Below are positions 32,525 through 42,378 of a stretch of DNA of 64,000 bases, piece by piece. The DNA is taken from contig OY970325.1 in assembly GCA_963717145.1 (NCBI GenBank), forward strand, positions 4,448,001-4,512,000, in the 5' to 3' direction. The DNA is from an uncultured Armatimonadetes bacterium. Its GTDB lineage: Bacteria; Armatimonadota; UBA5829; DTJY01. Both the position numbers and the translations under genes were made by a program. Under the pieces are notes generated by a model. It was not told the origin of the DNA. It saw only the letters and a program-made list of their open reading frames with translations, and did not search any database. Every line of letters starts with the position of its first letter. Position 1 is the stretch's first letter.

Positions 32525-33394
32525 ATGAAAATCGGAGTCAGTTCATACAGTTGGTCGAGATACCTCAGAGAGGGCAAGTTCAACATCTTCGGCGCGATCG
32601 AGGCGACCGCCGAGCTGGGGTTCGACGGCATCGAGTTCTCCGGCCTGAATGCCCCCGAGGGCACGACCGACATGATCGGGTTCGCAGGCAAGATCAAGGC
32701 CGCGTGCGCCAAAGCCGGTCTGCCGATCATCAGCTACACCATCGGCGCGGATTTCGTCAATGCGGAAGGCGGATGCATTAAGGAGATCGAGCGGCTGAAG
32801 GGAGAGGTCGATGTCGCCGCCGCACTCGGCGCCCCCAGGATGCGTCACGATGCGACCCGTGGGTTCGGGCCGGACCGCCTGAGCCTCGGCGACTTCCTGG
32901 AGGCGCTCCCTATCCTCGAGAAGGGGTGCCGCGCCGTGACCGAGTACGCCGCGACCAAGGGTGTCAAGACGATGGTCGAGAACCATGGACATTTCGTGCA
33001 GGACAGCGACCGGTGCGAGCTGCTGATGCGCGCGGTCAAACACCCGAACTTCGGCGCGCTGTTGGACCTCGGCAACTTCATCTGCGCGGACGACGATCCG
33101 GTCCGTGCGACGAAGCGGATGGCGCCGTATGCGTTCCACGTCCATGCGAAGGACTTCCACCGCAAGCCGGGATGCGCCGACCCGGGAGCGGGGTGGGGGC
33201 GGTCGCGCGGCGGCGACCTCTATCGCGGCTCGATCATCGGGCACGGGAACGTCGATGTCCCGGCGTGCATCAAGGTCATCAAGGATTCGGGCTACGACGG
33301 CTTCCTCTCCATCGAGTTCGAGGGGATGGAGGACAACCGCATGGCGCTCGAGATCGGCCTGGCGAACCTCAGGCGGTACTCGGAGAATGGGTGA
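32525..33394 (+). CDS. Sugar phosphate isomerase/epimerase (TIM barrel)
   Basis: MKIGVSSYS, GFDGIE, VENHG, DLGNF, HVHAKD, GYDGFLSIEFEG. Confidence 0.9.
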   Translation: MKIGVSSYSWSRYLREGKFNIFGAIEATAELGFDGIEFSGLNAPEGTTDMIGFAGKIKAACAKAGLPIISYTIGADFVNAEGGCIKEIERLKGEVDVAAALGAPRMRHDATRGFGPDRLSLGDFLEALPILEKGCRAVTEYAATKGVKTMVENHGHFVQDSDRCELLMRAVKHPNFGALLDLGNFICADDDPVRATKRMAPYAFHVHAKDFHRKPGCADPGAGWGRSRGGDLYRGSIIGHGNVDVPACIKVIKDSGYDGFLSIEFEGMEDNRMALEIGLANLRRYSENG

Positions 33395-33402
33395 ATGGGA
33401 GA

Positions 33403-33549
33403 ATGGGAGACGAGAATGAGCCTGATCTGGAGGAGCTGCGCCGCGACATAGCTGTCGGCTGCGAGGAAATGGCGGACGTCTACCTGGAGATCGAGAAGGA
33501 ATTCCATCCGCTGGAGGAAGAGGCCGAGAAGCTGTTGGATGATGGATAG
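33403..33549 (+). CDS. Small acidic protein resembling the C-terminal half of a MazE/EndoAI-type antitoxin
   Basis: MGDENEPDLEELRRDIAVGCEEMADVYLEIEKEFHPLEEEAEKLL; fills the gap up to hemW. Confidence 0.45.
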   Translation: MGDENEPDLEELRRDIAVGCEEMADVYLEIEKEFHPLEEEAEKLLDDG

Positions 33550-34675
33550 CGCGTCCCTATACGTCCACATCCCCTTCTGCGCGCGGAAGTGCCTGTACTG
33601 CGACTTTGCGTCGTACGTCGGGATGGAGTCGCTGTTCGAGCCGTATGTGCGGGCGCTGAGGGCCCAGATCTGTCGGGCCGCCGAGCACTTCATGGAGACA
33701 CGCATGCCCACCGTCTACTTCGGCGGTGGGACGCCGAACGTTCTGCCCAACGACCTTCTCGCCTCGATCCTGGACGACATCAGGCGCTGCTTCAACGTGG
33801 ACGCAGATGCGGAAATCAGCACGGAAGCGAATCCGGGGGTCTCCCACTCTCCCACTCCCCCACTCCCCCACTCCCTCCGGGCCGCCGGATTCAACCGCCT
33901 GAGCCTGGGTGTCCAGTCGCTCTGCGATGAGGAACTGCGGCAACTCGGACGAGTGCACACCGCCGAGGAAGCGATCGAGGCGTTTCAGGGGGCGCGGGAG
34001 GCCGGGTTCGAGAACGTCAGCGTCGATCTGATGTACGGCATCCCGGGCCAGACGACGGAGTCGTGGCGGGAGACCCTCGGCCGGGTGATCGATCTCGGGC
34101 CGGAGCACGTGTCGCTCTACTCGCTCACGGTCGAGGAGGGCACGCCGTTCCACCGGATGCAGTGCGAGGGAAAGCTGGCGCTTCCGGGGAACGACATCGA
34201 GGCCACCATGTACGAGGATGCGATCCGGACGCTGACCGACGCCGGGTTCGTCCACTACGAGATCTCCAACTTCGCGAGGCCCGGCTTCGAGTGCCGGCAC
34301 AACATCACCTACTGGCGGAACAAGCCGTACCTCGGCTTCGGCGCGGGGGCGACTTCTTACATCGATGGCACGCGCGCGACGAGCGTGGCCGACGTGGAGG
34401 AGTACATCCGACGGGTCGAGGCACACGAGAGCGCGGCCGAGTCGGAGGAGCATCTGACCGGTCGGAAGGCGATGGGCGAGACGATGTTTCTCGGCCTTCG
34501 GATGCTCCAGGGAGTCAACCGCCAAGACGCCAAGTACGCCAAGGGAATCGATATGTTCGGGCCGGAGATCGAACGGCTGATCGAGCGCGGGTTGTTGGAG
34601 CGCACAGACGCCTTCCTGAGGCTCACGCACAGAGGTCTCTTCCTGGCGAATGATGTCTTCGCGGAGTTTGTGTGA
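33539..34675 (+). CDS. hemW: Radical SAM heme chaperone HemW
   Basis: LYVHIPFCARKCLYCDF, YFGGGTP, EANP, NRLSLGVQS, DLMYGIPGQT, HYEISNFA, HNITYW. Confidence 0.93.
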   Translation: MMDSASLYVHIPFCARKCLYCDFASYVGMESLFEPYVRALRAQICRAAEHFMETRMPTVYFGGGTPNVLPNDLLASILDDIRRCFNVDADAEISTEANPGVSHSPTPPLPHSLRAAGFNRLSLGVQSLCDEELRQLGRVHTAEEAIEAFQGAREAGFENVSVDLMYGIPGQTTESWRETLGRVIDLGPEHVSLYSLTVEEGTPFHRMQCEGKLALPGNDIEATMYEDAIRTLTDAGFVHYEISNFARPGFECRHNITYWRNKPYLGFGAGATSYIDGTRATSVADVEEYIRRVEAHESAAESEEHLTGRKAMGETMFLGLRMLQGVNRQDAKYAKGIDMFGPEIERLIERGLLERTDAFLRLTHRGLFLANDVFAEFV

Positions 34676-34692
34676 CCGGTTGGATTCACCAC

Positions 34693-34799
34693 CCCGTCAG
34701 TCCTGAGTGCGCCTCTGGGCGTGTAACGAAGGACGGCCTGCGGAGTGCCACAAGGCCGTCCTTCGTTACACGCCCAGAGGCGCACTCAGGACTGACGGG
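34693..34799. repeat. Long palindrome, CTGAGTGCGCC family
   Basis: CCCGTCAGTCCTGAGTGCGCCTCTGGGCGTGTAACGAAGGACGGCC...GGCCGTCCTTCGTTACACGCCCAGAGGCGCACTCAGGACTGACGGG. Confidence 0.9.
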
Positions 34800-34814
34800 T
34801 GCCAACGGCCAAGC

Positions 34815-36476
34815 TCACCCGCCCTTGAAGGTGACTACTGTCGGCTTGGATTCCTTGTCCCCAGGACCAATGGTTATCGCGGTGAGCGTGTATTCCGTAT
34901 TCTTGCCCTTGATCATCGTGCCCAGGGCGATGGGCTCTGTCTTGAACTTCCCAGCCTTGTCCACATCCACCAGTTGCTCGGTCACCGTCCCGGTCATCCT
35001 CAGAGCGCCCAGCACCGTAGTCGCGTATTCCAGTTTCAACTGCACCTTGGTACTGGCAGGCGCGGTTCCCACAATGGTAATGGGAGACACCACTGACGCT
35101 CCTGCCTTGGGCGAGCTGATCACCGGGGGAGTGAGCGTGCCGGTGGGTGCTGCTATCTGCTCGGGCGTCTGGGTCGTGTACGTTACGCCTCCCTTGGTAA
35201 ACGAGCCTACGATGCTCGCGCCGGTAAGGTTGTCGTCTTTGCGAATGGTATACTCACCGGTATGCACGCCGGAGGACGCCTCCTGCATTTGCACCGTGCG
35301 CAGTTTCTGCTCATCGCGCACCAGGGAAAAGCTTGCCGTCCCCCCGGGCTCTGTCTCCATTCGCACGGTAATGACATCTCCCGGCTGCAGTCCTGCCAGC
35401 GCGGTGTACGTGAAAGACTTTATGACATCCGTGGCTCCTCGAACAGTCAGGTTCCACTTCCCGGAACCGGCATTTCCGGCTTTGTCTCTCACGGATATGA
35501 CAACCGTCTTGACTCCGGCCGTCAGTGCGTTCGGCGGGCGATAGCTTACGAAGCCTGCGGTTACCGTGGATTGCGCGGTAACATCCGTGTCATTCACGGT
35601 TAGCTGCACGCTGTCTTCGTCTATGCCGCTGCCCGCCGCATCATCCAGGACGGCTGAGATACTGGGGTGAGACTGAGCAACGGTGCTGTCCGGCGCGGGC
35701 AGCATGTTCTTCACCTTCGGAGGCATTGTATCTATGGAAACGGCTGTTCCCGCCTGAATCAGACGCTCCTGTGCCCCTGCTCTCAACAGCCCCAGGACGC
35801 TGGCGCCGGATACCGTAAGGTTCGCCGTGGAGGGGACTGTCCAGATCGCGCTGTAGCTGCCGGGGCTGTCTTCCCTCATCCTCGTCTGATCCACCACGCC
35901 GGGGATCTCGAAGGACGCTGTTCCGCCCACGGTACCTTTCATTATCACCTGTAGCTGGGATCCGGCCCGCAGCCAGGTAGTCGCGTTATGGGAAAACGAT
36001 GAGATGCTCAGCACCTGCGGAGTAGTGCCGTCCGTTTCGGGAGCGGGGACGGTATCTATCAGGACGGTGCGCGAAATCGCATCCCACCGCACATCAGCTC
36101 CAAACGCCTCCCCAACGAAACGCAGCGGCACCATCGTCGAGCCGCCGATGATCGTCGCCGGCACATCGAGGATCACTTTCCGGCCGTTGACCCTGGCGGT
36201 AGTGGAGCCGACGGGAAGCTCAATGTACGTGTCGCCCTTCTCCGCCACGACCGACTTCGTTTCCGGGATCCACCCGACCAATGCTCCCATCTTCTCCAGC
36301 ACGCCTCGCAGTGGCACCAGTACCCGGCCGGATACCGACATTGGACGAGTGCCCTCGAACTGCACCGCTTCTCCATCCACGGTGACATTGATTGCCTGGC
36401 TGTTAGCCGGTGTTGCCATCATCAGCACTGTCAGGAACAGGAATGCTACACACAGGTGAGGAGTCTTTCTCATCAT
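34815..36476 (-). CDS. Copper amine oxidase N-terminal (stalk) domain surface protein with Ig-like modules
   Basis: INVTVDG...GRVLVPLRGVLEKMGA...STMVPLRFVGEAFGADVRWD. Confidence 0.85.
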   Translation of the reverse strand: MMRKTPHLCVAFLFLTVLMMATPANSQAINVTVDGEAVQFEGTRPMSVSGRVLVPLRGVLEKMGALVGWIPETKSVVAEKGDTYIELPVGSTTARVNGRKVILDVPATIIGGSTMVPLRFVGEAFGADVRWDAISRTVLIDTVPAPETDGTTPQVLSISSFSHNATTWLRAGSQLQVIMKGTVGGTASFEIPGVVDQTRMREDSPGSYSAIWTVPSTANLTVSGASVLGLLRAGAQERLIQAGTAVSIDTMPPKVKNMLPAPDSTVAQSHPSISAVLDDAAGSGIDEDSVQLTVNDTDVTAQSTVTAGFVSYRPPNALTAGVKTVVISVRDKAGNAGSGKWNLTVRGATDVIKSFTYTALAGLQPGDVITVRMETEPGGTASFSLVRDEQKLRTVQMQEASSGVHTGEYTIRKDDNLTGASIVGSFTKGGVTYTTQTPEQIAAPTGTLTPPVISSPKAGASVVSPITIVGTAPASTKVQLKLEYATTVLGALRMTGTVTEQLVDVDKAGKFKTEPIALGTMIKGKNTEYTLTAITIGPGDKESKPTVVTFKGG

Positions 36477-36568
36477 GATCTTATCTCCAAAAGGGTTGAT
36501 GTTTGTTGCAGTTCGATCAGATGAGATTATCCCCGGTATCCTATCGAGGCCAAACCCTGCGGGGCATT

Positions 36569-39500
36569 CTACTTCCGCTTGCTCTCCTCGATCAGGATCC
36601 GGCGGGGCTTTGCGCTGAGGTCGAAGGTCATCGTGTGCCGGCCCTTGTCGTCGGCGGTGAAGACCTTAATGAGCGCGCCGTTCTCGTGGATGCTGTAGAT
36701 CGTTTTCGGCGCCAACTCGAAGGTCACGGCGACCTTGCCCTTCCCGGTCAATGCGCAATCGATCCCACCGGTGGGAAGCGACTTCGCCTCCCACGCGACG
36801 TTCAGGGCGGATATCCCCGCGACTTTGCGCAGGACGGTGACCCCATACGGCTCGACCTTCACACCCTTGATGACGGTGCTCCCGTCGGCGCTGTGGAGAA
36901 CGGTCGTCCCATCGAAAATCGCGCCCGCCAGCTTCGTGACGCCGAGGTCGAACTCGGTCGTTTTGCCGAACCGCTCCTTCACGAGGATCGTTGCGTTGTC
37001 GTCCGATACATACACCCCTAAGTTGCCCGGCGCGGTGATCGATGGCTCGACCCCGGCGAGGAGGAGCATCCCCTGGTATAGCGGGTTGAGCGCGTCGTAC
37101 GGATACTGCTCCTTCTCGATGCCCCACATGGCGTTGTAGGCCATCCCGAGGTAGAACCCGCAGGTGTACACCGGGTTGCCGTTGATCACATTCCGCACGA
37201 CGACCGGCTTGCCGTCAAGCTCCAGCACCGATTCGACCGGCGGCGCGACCGTGTCGAAGACGCCGATCTCGCCGTTGTCCGGGAACTGGATGGCTAGTTC
37301 ATCGCCCTTCGCGGCCTTTCCGAAGTACCTGGCGAACTGCATCCTGATCGGGCCTGAAGCAGGCATCCTCCGGCTGAAGCCGGTCATCCCCGTGAGGCGC
37401 TCGAACCCGGGATAGACCGCCGTGGGCGAGCACGGATTGAAGTAGCAGTCCTGGTCCTGGTAGAGGCCGAGGCAGAGTCCCCGCTGGCCGGCCGCGCGCG
37501 GGTCGGTGAGCCAGTCGTCGAGCATCTGCCACGTGCGACCGCTGAGCATCTGGTTCTGCGCCGGCACGAAGATGAACTTGTACTTGCTCAGGTTGACCTT
37601 CCCCGGCTCGAATCCGCCGGGACTGATGTCCGAGTCGGGCAGGATGTCAAACGGGATGTGAAGCTGGTACAGAACGCTCGCCAGATAGCGCGTGTTGCCG
37701 TAGTCGAAGCCGGGGCTCATGCCGTATATGGCGTTCCGGTTCCGCAAGATCAGGATCGGCGCGTTCCGATTGAGAGTGAACGCCACGCTCTCGATCTGCT
37801 TGAGGAACCCGCCGAGGGAGTCGAGCGTCGAGGAGTCATATACCTCCGGCTCCTCGAAGGTCCGGCCGGCGATCACGTTCCAGTCGTAGCTTTGGAAGAA
37901 CGCGCCACCGCCGCCGACGATATCGGTCAGCCACCAGGGATAGTACGCTCGGACGCCCTCACGCGTCTTTCCGCCCATACCTTCGCCGCATGCAAATCCC
38001 TTGGCGCCACCCAGGCCTGTGTACGGTCCATAGGACGCGACGTTCTGGATGTACTCCCTGCACGAGGCCCACTCGGGCACATCGGCGGGCTCGATCCCCT
38101 GGTCGTGCTGACCGACTCCGATCACGTCGAAGCGCAACTTCGCCCGGTCGAAGCAGATGATCGAGTGCCAGGAGGGCATGAAGTCGAACGGATCGCTGTA
38201 GTACATGATGTGGTTCGGATCGGCCTCATGGAGCGCATCGGCCAGCGAGTTGAGCCGGCTGACGATCAGATCCTCCCTCATGCGCCCGAAGTCGATCCAC
38301 ATCGGGTCGCGCAGTAGGTTCTCCTGGTAGGTCCGCAGGTCGGTCAGGGGTGCATACGGAGGATCGGACGAGTGATAGTAGTCGAAGAGCGGCAGGCGAG
38401 CGTCATCGAACGACTGCCATGAGTCGAATGCGCCGGCGACGAACGGGTATTCAGGCCACATGACCTCCCGCTCGTTGATCGTCTTCTTCACCCACGTGGA
38501 GTGGTCGGTGATGTCGTACCCATAGCCCCACGCCTGCTTCAGGTTCGAGATGGTGCCATAGTCTTGGCGCAGAAACCGCTTGTACCGATCGAGCATCGCC
38601 GGGGCGTCGAGGCAGTTGTCGAATACGAGGTCCTCTTCGCCGACCATCGCCGCGACGATGACCGTCCGCTGGCTGTAGTACGCCATGATCTTGGAGTACG
38701 CGTCCCTCGCGGCGTCCCACAGCTCATCGTGGAGCAGGATCTTGCCCCGGTAGAGCGGCGGGACGACCTCGGGATGCAGCCCCCAGTAGTACGACGGCTC
38801 GATGTTGACGTACAGCCCATGCGCCTGCGCCCGATCGAGGAAGTAGTCGTAGATCTCGTAGACGTAGTTGAAGTAGGGGAGCGTATTCCCCTTCGGCTGC
38901 TTGACGACTTTCTGCCAAGTGCCGTCGTAGTTCAGCAGTTCGCTCCAGTTCCAGAAGCGCGGCTGGACGTTGATGCTCGCCTGCTTCATCCGGGCGAAAT
39001 CCTTCTCGAGGAGGTCGTAGTCGAACTCGGGGATGTTGATGATCCACCCGCCGTCCTGCTTCGGCTGGCTGTAGATCGTGAAGAACGGGCGGAAGACCCT
39101 CCGGTCGCGCTCCAGGAGGCCGGTCTTGGGATTCAGCTTGATGAACGATGCGTATCGGCCCGCGTACTCCGGTTTCAAGTACTCGTCCTTGAACGCCGAG
39201 AACTGCGGATGGCGGCCGGTCTCGACCGACAGCGACATCTGCTGCTTGCGTTCGATCAGCCGCGCCCGGATGCTCTCCCACGGCTCGGGGATCACTCGTC
39301 CCCAGGGCTCGCACGGGTACTCGCCGATCACTCTGACGGGCCTCCACGCCGAATCGTCGAAACGGAGGGCATTCCATCCATCCGCGAGATCGGCGGTAGA
39401 TCGCCAGGTCTCATCGGAGACGATGTCGGCGGTTGTGCCGTCATCGAACCGCACGGTCACTCTGCAGATCAGGCCCGCCGCGTCCCTGAGGTTGGCCGCC

Positions 39501-39850
39501 TTGATCGCGATGGCCGAGTTGTCGCGCGCGATCGGCGCCTTGACCTCGAACCGATGGGGATTCTGCCAGTCGCTCCCGGAGCCGATCATGCGGCTGTTGA
39601 CCCACAGCTCGAACGAGTCGTCAGCGGTGACGAGGACGTCGAACGCCGTGACGGGCTTGTCGAACGAGACGACCTTGCGGAAGTACATCGTTCGGGAGGG
39701 AGTTGCACTCCCTCCCGGGCCGGCGTCCGGATGCCAGATCCATTTCGCGCCGGTGAAGTCAGCGGGACCGGACGACTGGCAACTTCCCCGGCTGAGGACG
39801 CCTATCAGGATGAGAGATAAGAGCAGTAGGCGATTCAGGCGCAAGATCAT
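36569..39850 (-). CDS. Large exported glycoside hydrolase-like protein (sugar-binding N-domain plus GH42/clan-A-like barrel)
   Basis: GAKWIW...YFRK...TADDSFELWVN...IVSDETWR domain; RFLRQDYGTISNLKQAWG; WIDFGRMR; LYQLHIPFDIL. Confidence 0.65.
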   Translation of the reverse strand: MILRLNRLLLLSLILIGVLSRGSCQSSGPADFTGAKWIWHPDAGPGGSATPSRTMYFRKVVSFDKPVTAFDVLVTADDSFELWVNSRMIGSGSDWQNPHRFEVKAPIARDNSAIAIKAANLRDAAGLICRVTVRFDDGTTADIVSDETWRSTADLADGWNALRFDDSAWRPVRVIGEYPCEPWGRVIPEPWESIRARLIERKQQMSLSVETGRHPQFSAFKDEYLKPEYAGRYASFIKLNPKTGLLERDRRVFRPFFTIYSQPKQDGGWIINIPEFDYDLLEKDFARMKQASINVQPRFWNWSELLNYDGTWQKVVKQPKGNTLPYFNYVYEIYDYFLDRAQAHGLYVNIEPSYYWGLHPEVVPPLYRGKILLHDELWDAARDAYSKIMAYYSQRTVIVAAMVGEEDLVFDNCLDAPAMLDRYKRFLRQDYGTISNLKQAWGYGYDITDHSTWVKKTINEREVMWPEYPFVAGAFDSWQSFDDARLPLFDYYHSSDPPYAPLTDLRTYQENLLRDPMWIDFGRMREDLIVSRLNSLADALHEADPNHIMYYSDPFDFMPSWHSIICFDRAKLRFDVIGVGQHDQGIEPADVPEWASCREYIQNVASYGPYTGLGGAKGFACGEGMGGKTREGVRAYYPWWLTDIVGGGGAFFQSYDWNVIAGRTFEEPEVYDSSTLDSLGGFLKQIESVAFTLNRNAPILILRNRNAIYGMSPGFDYGNTRYLASVLYQLHIPFDILPDSDISPGGFEPGKVNLSKYKFIFVPAQNQMLSGRTWQMLDDWLTDPRAAGQRGLCLGLYQDQDCYFNPCSPTAVYPGFERLTGMTGFSRRMPASGPIRMQFARYFGKAAKGDELAIQFPDNGEIGVFDTVAPPVESVLELDGKPVVVRNVINGNPVYTCGFYLGMAYNAMWGIEKEQYPYDALNPLYQGMLLLAGVEPSITAPGNLGVYVSDDNATILVKERFGKTTEFDLGVTKLAGAIFDGTTVLHSADGSTVIKGVKVEPYGVTVLRKVAGISALNVAWEAKSLPTGGIDCALTGKGKVAVTFELAPKTIYSIHENGALIKVFTADDKGRHTMTFDLSAKPRRILIEESKRK

Positions 39851-39979
39851 CCTCCGAGCGATACGCCGATCTATCTGGGGGGAGGACGACGCATCGCATA
39901 TACAGTTAAACGTCCGCAACCGGACTCCTGCACGCACAGACACTGCACAGGGAGATGGAAACAGCTCACGTTCCATGAT

Positions 39980-40059
39980 AGCGGATGTCATTCTGAGCGT
40001 AGTGAAGAATCTGGCCGTGCGCAAACAGATTCTTCACTACGCTCAGAATGACATCCGCT
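39980..40059. repeat. Palindromic element GTCATTCTGAGCG...AAGAATCT
   Basis: AGCGGATGTCATTCTGAGCGTAGTGAAGAATCTG...CAGATTCTTCACTACGCTCAGAATGACATCCGCT, a perfect IR. Confidence 0.9.
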
Positions 40060-40104
40060 CGGTCGCATTATCAACAATCGTGAACGCTTGCGGGAGATGC
40101 GTCA

Positions 40105-41373
40105 TCAAGGCTCAGCATCCAGTTGCAGGACGATGATCGTGTCGGTACCGTCACGGTGTTCCTTGTGGATCGTGACCTGGATTCCATCGGAGGACTGGAT
40201 CATCTCGGGCTTCCCTCCTGTCAGGGCGTAGCACTTCACGACTTTGCCCGGGATGGCCGGCAGTTTCAGAGTATCGCTCGTCCATTCCAGGACATGCAGG
40301 TATATCGTTTTTCCCTCGTGAGTGCTCACTCCCCAGTCCGACGGGAGGAACGGACCGCCCCTGGTTCCGTAGATGCTCTTGCCGTAGCGCTTGAGCCACT
40401 TGCCGATCTCCGTGAGCCGCTGGACCTGCACAGGTTCGATCTCACCTTTGGGACTTGGTCCCACGTTCAGCAGCAGATTCCCATCCCCACCAGCGCATCG
40501 GACCAGCGTCTGGACGCAGGTTTCCGTTGACTTCACATCGTCGTTCGGCTTGTACGCCCATTGGGTTCCGATGGTGATACAGCTCTCCCACGGCCGGTCC
40601 GCCCGGAATGAACCGATCTTCTGTTCGGGCGTGTCGAAGTCCGCCGGTAGTCCCGCGCGATTGTTGATCAGAATCCCGGGCTGGAGTTCGCGGATCATCC
40701 TGAACAGGTTCTCGGCATCCCACTTCTCGGCCGTGCCGCCCAGGCCATCGAACCAGAGTATGTCCACCTTGCCGTAGTTCGTCATCAGCTCCCGAAGCTG
40801 CGCGCGCATATACTCCAGATAGCGCGGATGGTTCTCGGTCATGTAGTCGGGGTGATGCCAGTCCGGCTGCGAGTAGTAGAATCCGAGCTTCAGGCCCTCC
40901 TCGTGACAGGCCTTGGCGATCTCGGCGACGATATCGCGCTTGAAGGGCGAATTGGTGATCTTGTAGTCGGTCATCTTCGTATCGAACATGCAGAAGCCAT
41001 CGTGATGCTTAGTCGTGAAGACGAGGTATTTCATCCCGGCGGACTTTGCGATCTTTACCCACTTCTTTGCGTCGAATCGGGTCGGGTTGAAGGTCTTGTA
41101 GAGATTGTCGTATTCCTCCCAGGGGATGACGCGCTTCTTCCTGGGCGGCTCCACGCCGGCTCCGATACGGGACCAGCTGATCTCCGTGCCTTTCTGGCTC
41201 ACGGGCCCCCAGTGAATGAACAGCCCGAACCGTGCCTCCCGGAACCACTCGATGTCCTGAGGCGACGCCTGCAGGAAGCCGTTCTGCGGCGCACCTGCCT
41301 GAACGGCTGCCGGCGTGACCCAACCACAACTGGCGAGCAACAGCAAACCGACCATCACTAGTGAACACTTCAT
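40105..41373 (-). CDS. Alpha-L-fucosidase (GH29)
   Basis: WFREARFGLFIHWG, TTKHHDGF, LWFDG, WESC, GNLLLNVGP. Confidence 0.93.
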   Translation of the reverse strand: MKCSLVMVGLLLLASCGWVTPAAVQAGAPQNGFLQASPQDIEWFREARFGLFIHWGPVSQKGTEISWSRIGAGVEPPRKKRVIPWEEYDNLYKTFNPTRFDAKKWVKIAKSAGMKYLVFTTKHHDGFCMFDTKMTDYKITNSPFKRDIVAEIAKACHEEGLKLGFYYSQPDWHHPDYMTENHPRYLEYMRAQLRELMTNYGKVDILWFDGLGGTAEKWDAENLFRMIRELQPGILINNRAGLPADFDTPEQKIGSFRADRPWESCITIGTQWAYKPNDDVKSTETCVQTLVRCAGGDGNLLLNVGPSPKGEIEPVQVQRLTEIGKWLKRYGKSIYGTRGGPFLPSDWGVSTHEGKTIYLHVLEWTSDTLKLPAIPGKVVKCYALTGGKPEMIQSSDGIQVTIHKEHRDGTDTIIVLQLDAEP

Positions 41374-41445
41374 CTATCTTCATCTCCGTTTCCCGGGTAG
41401 CCGTTTCCCGGCCGAGCAGCTCCACATCAGTGATCCATGGGCTTG

Positions 41446-42378
41446 TTAGTTGCTCCGATATTCGGATCGGCGGTCTTCCCGGCGGGCGATCTCGCTCGTG
41501 TAGTGGAGGCCGAGGGTCGCCGAGCGTGCCTTCGCCCATTCCGTGAGCTTCGTCCTGCCCGTGGGTGGTGAGTCGACGTAGAGCAGGTTGTCCATCAGCC
41601 CCCGGATCTCGTCGCGCGTGATCATCACGTCATGGACCAGCTTCCCGATGACCCATGCCACAACGTATCCCATCCACGGCGGCACGGACACGACGGGCCG
41701 CCGCTTGCCGATGATCTCACCTATCGTCTCGACGAGCCCGCGATATGTGAACGTCTCAGGCCCTATCGCGTCGATGATGACGTTATCCATCTGCTTGCCC
41801 TGCTCAACCGCAAGTTGGGCCAGGTCATCGACATATATCGGCTGGAGCTTGTACTGCCCGTCACCGAAAACTCCCAACACCGGGAGATGGCGGAGTGCCC
41901 ACGCGATGTTGTTCACGAGGATGTCCTCTTTGCCGAAAAGAACGGTTGGGCGGAGGATCGCATACGACAGCCCGCTTTCGATCAGGGCGCGCTCGAGGCG
42001 GGCCTTCCCACTGAAGTACTCCAGGGGCGAGTCCTCCGAGGGATTGGTGATGCTGATGTGCACCACCCGCTTCACACCGGCGGACTTCGCAGCCTGAAAA
42101 AGCGCAAGGGTATTGCGCACGGCGTCCGCATGGGCGAAGTTCGGATGGTTGAAGCGCACCCAGTACGTGTTGTAGAGGACATCGACGTCCTTAAGGGTCT
42201 CCGCAAGCCTGTCGGGCTCATCGAAATGGAAGGGAAAGGCCTTGACGCGGTCGCCGAAGGGGTTCTCCCGGTGCGTGGAGTTGGTCAGCGTGATGACGCT
42301 CTCGCCAGCATCGAGTAGCCGGTGAGCGATGTACTTCCCGGAGTAGCCGAATGCCCCGGTGACAGCGTGTAGAGTCAT
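41446..42378 (-). CDS. NAD(P)-dependent epimerase/SDR (NDUFA9-like)
   Basis: VTGAFGYSG, YNTYWVRF, YFSGK, ILRP, LQPIYVDDLA. Confidence 0.85.
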   Translation of the reverse strand: MTLHAVTGAFGYSGKYIAHRLLDAGESVITLTNSTHRENPFGDRVKAFPFHFDEPDRLAETLKDVDVLYNTYWVRFNHPNFAHADAVRNTLALFQAAKSAGVKRVVHISITNPSEDSPLEYFSGKARLERALIESGLSYAILRPTVLFGKEDILVNNIAWALRHLPVLGVFGDGQYKLQPIYVDDLAQLAVEQGKQMDNVIIDAIGPETFTYRGLVETIGEIIGKRRPVVSVPPWMGYVVAWVIGKLVHDVMITRDEIRGLMDNLLYVDSPPTGRTKLTEWAKARSATLGLHYTSEIARREDRRSEYRSN

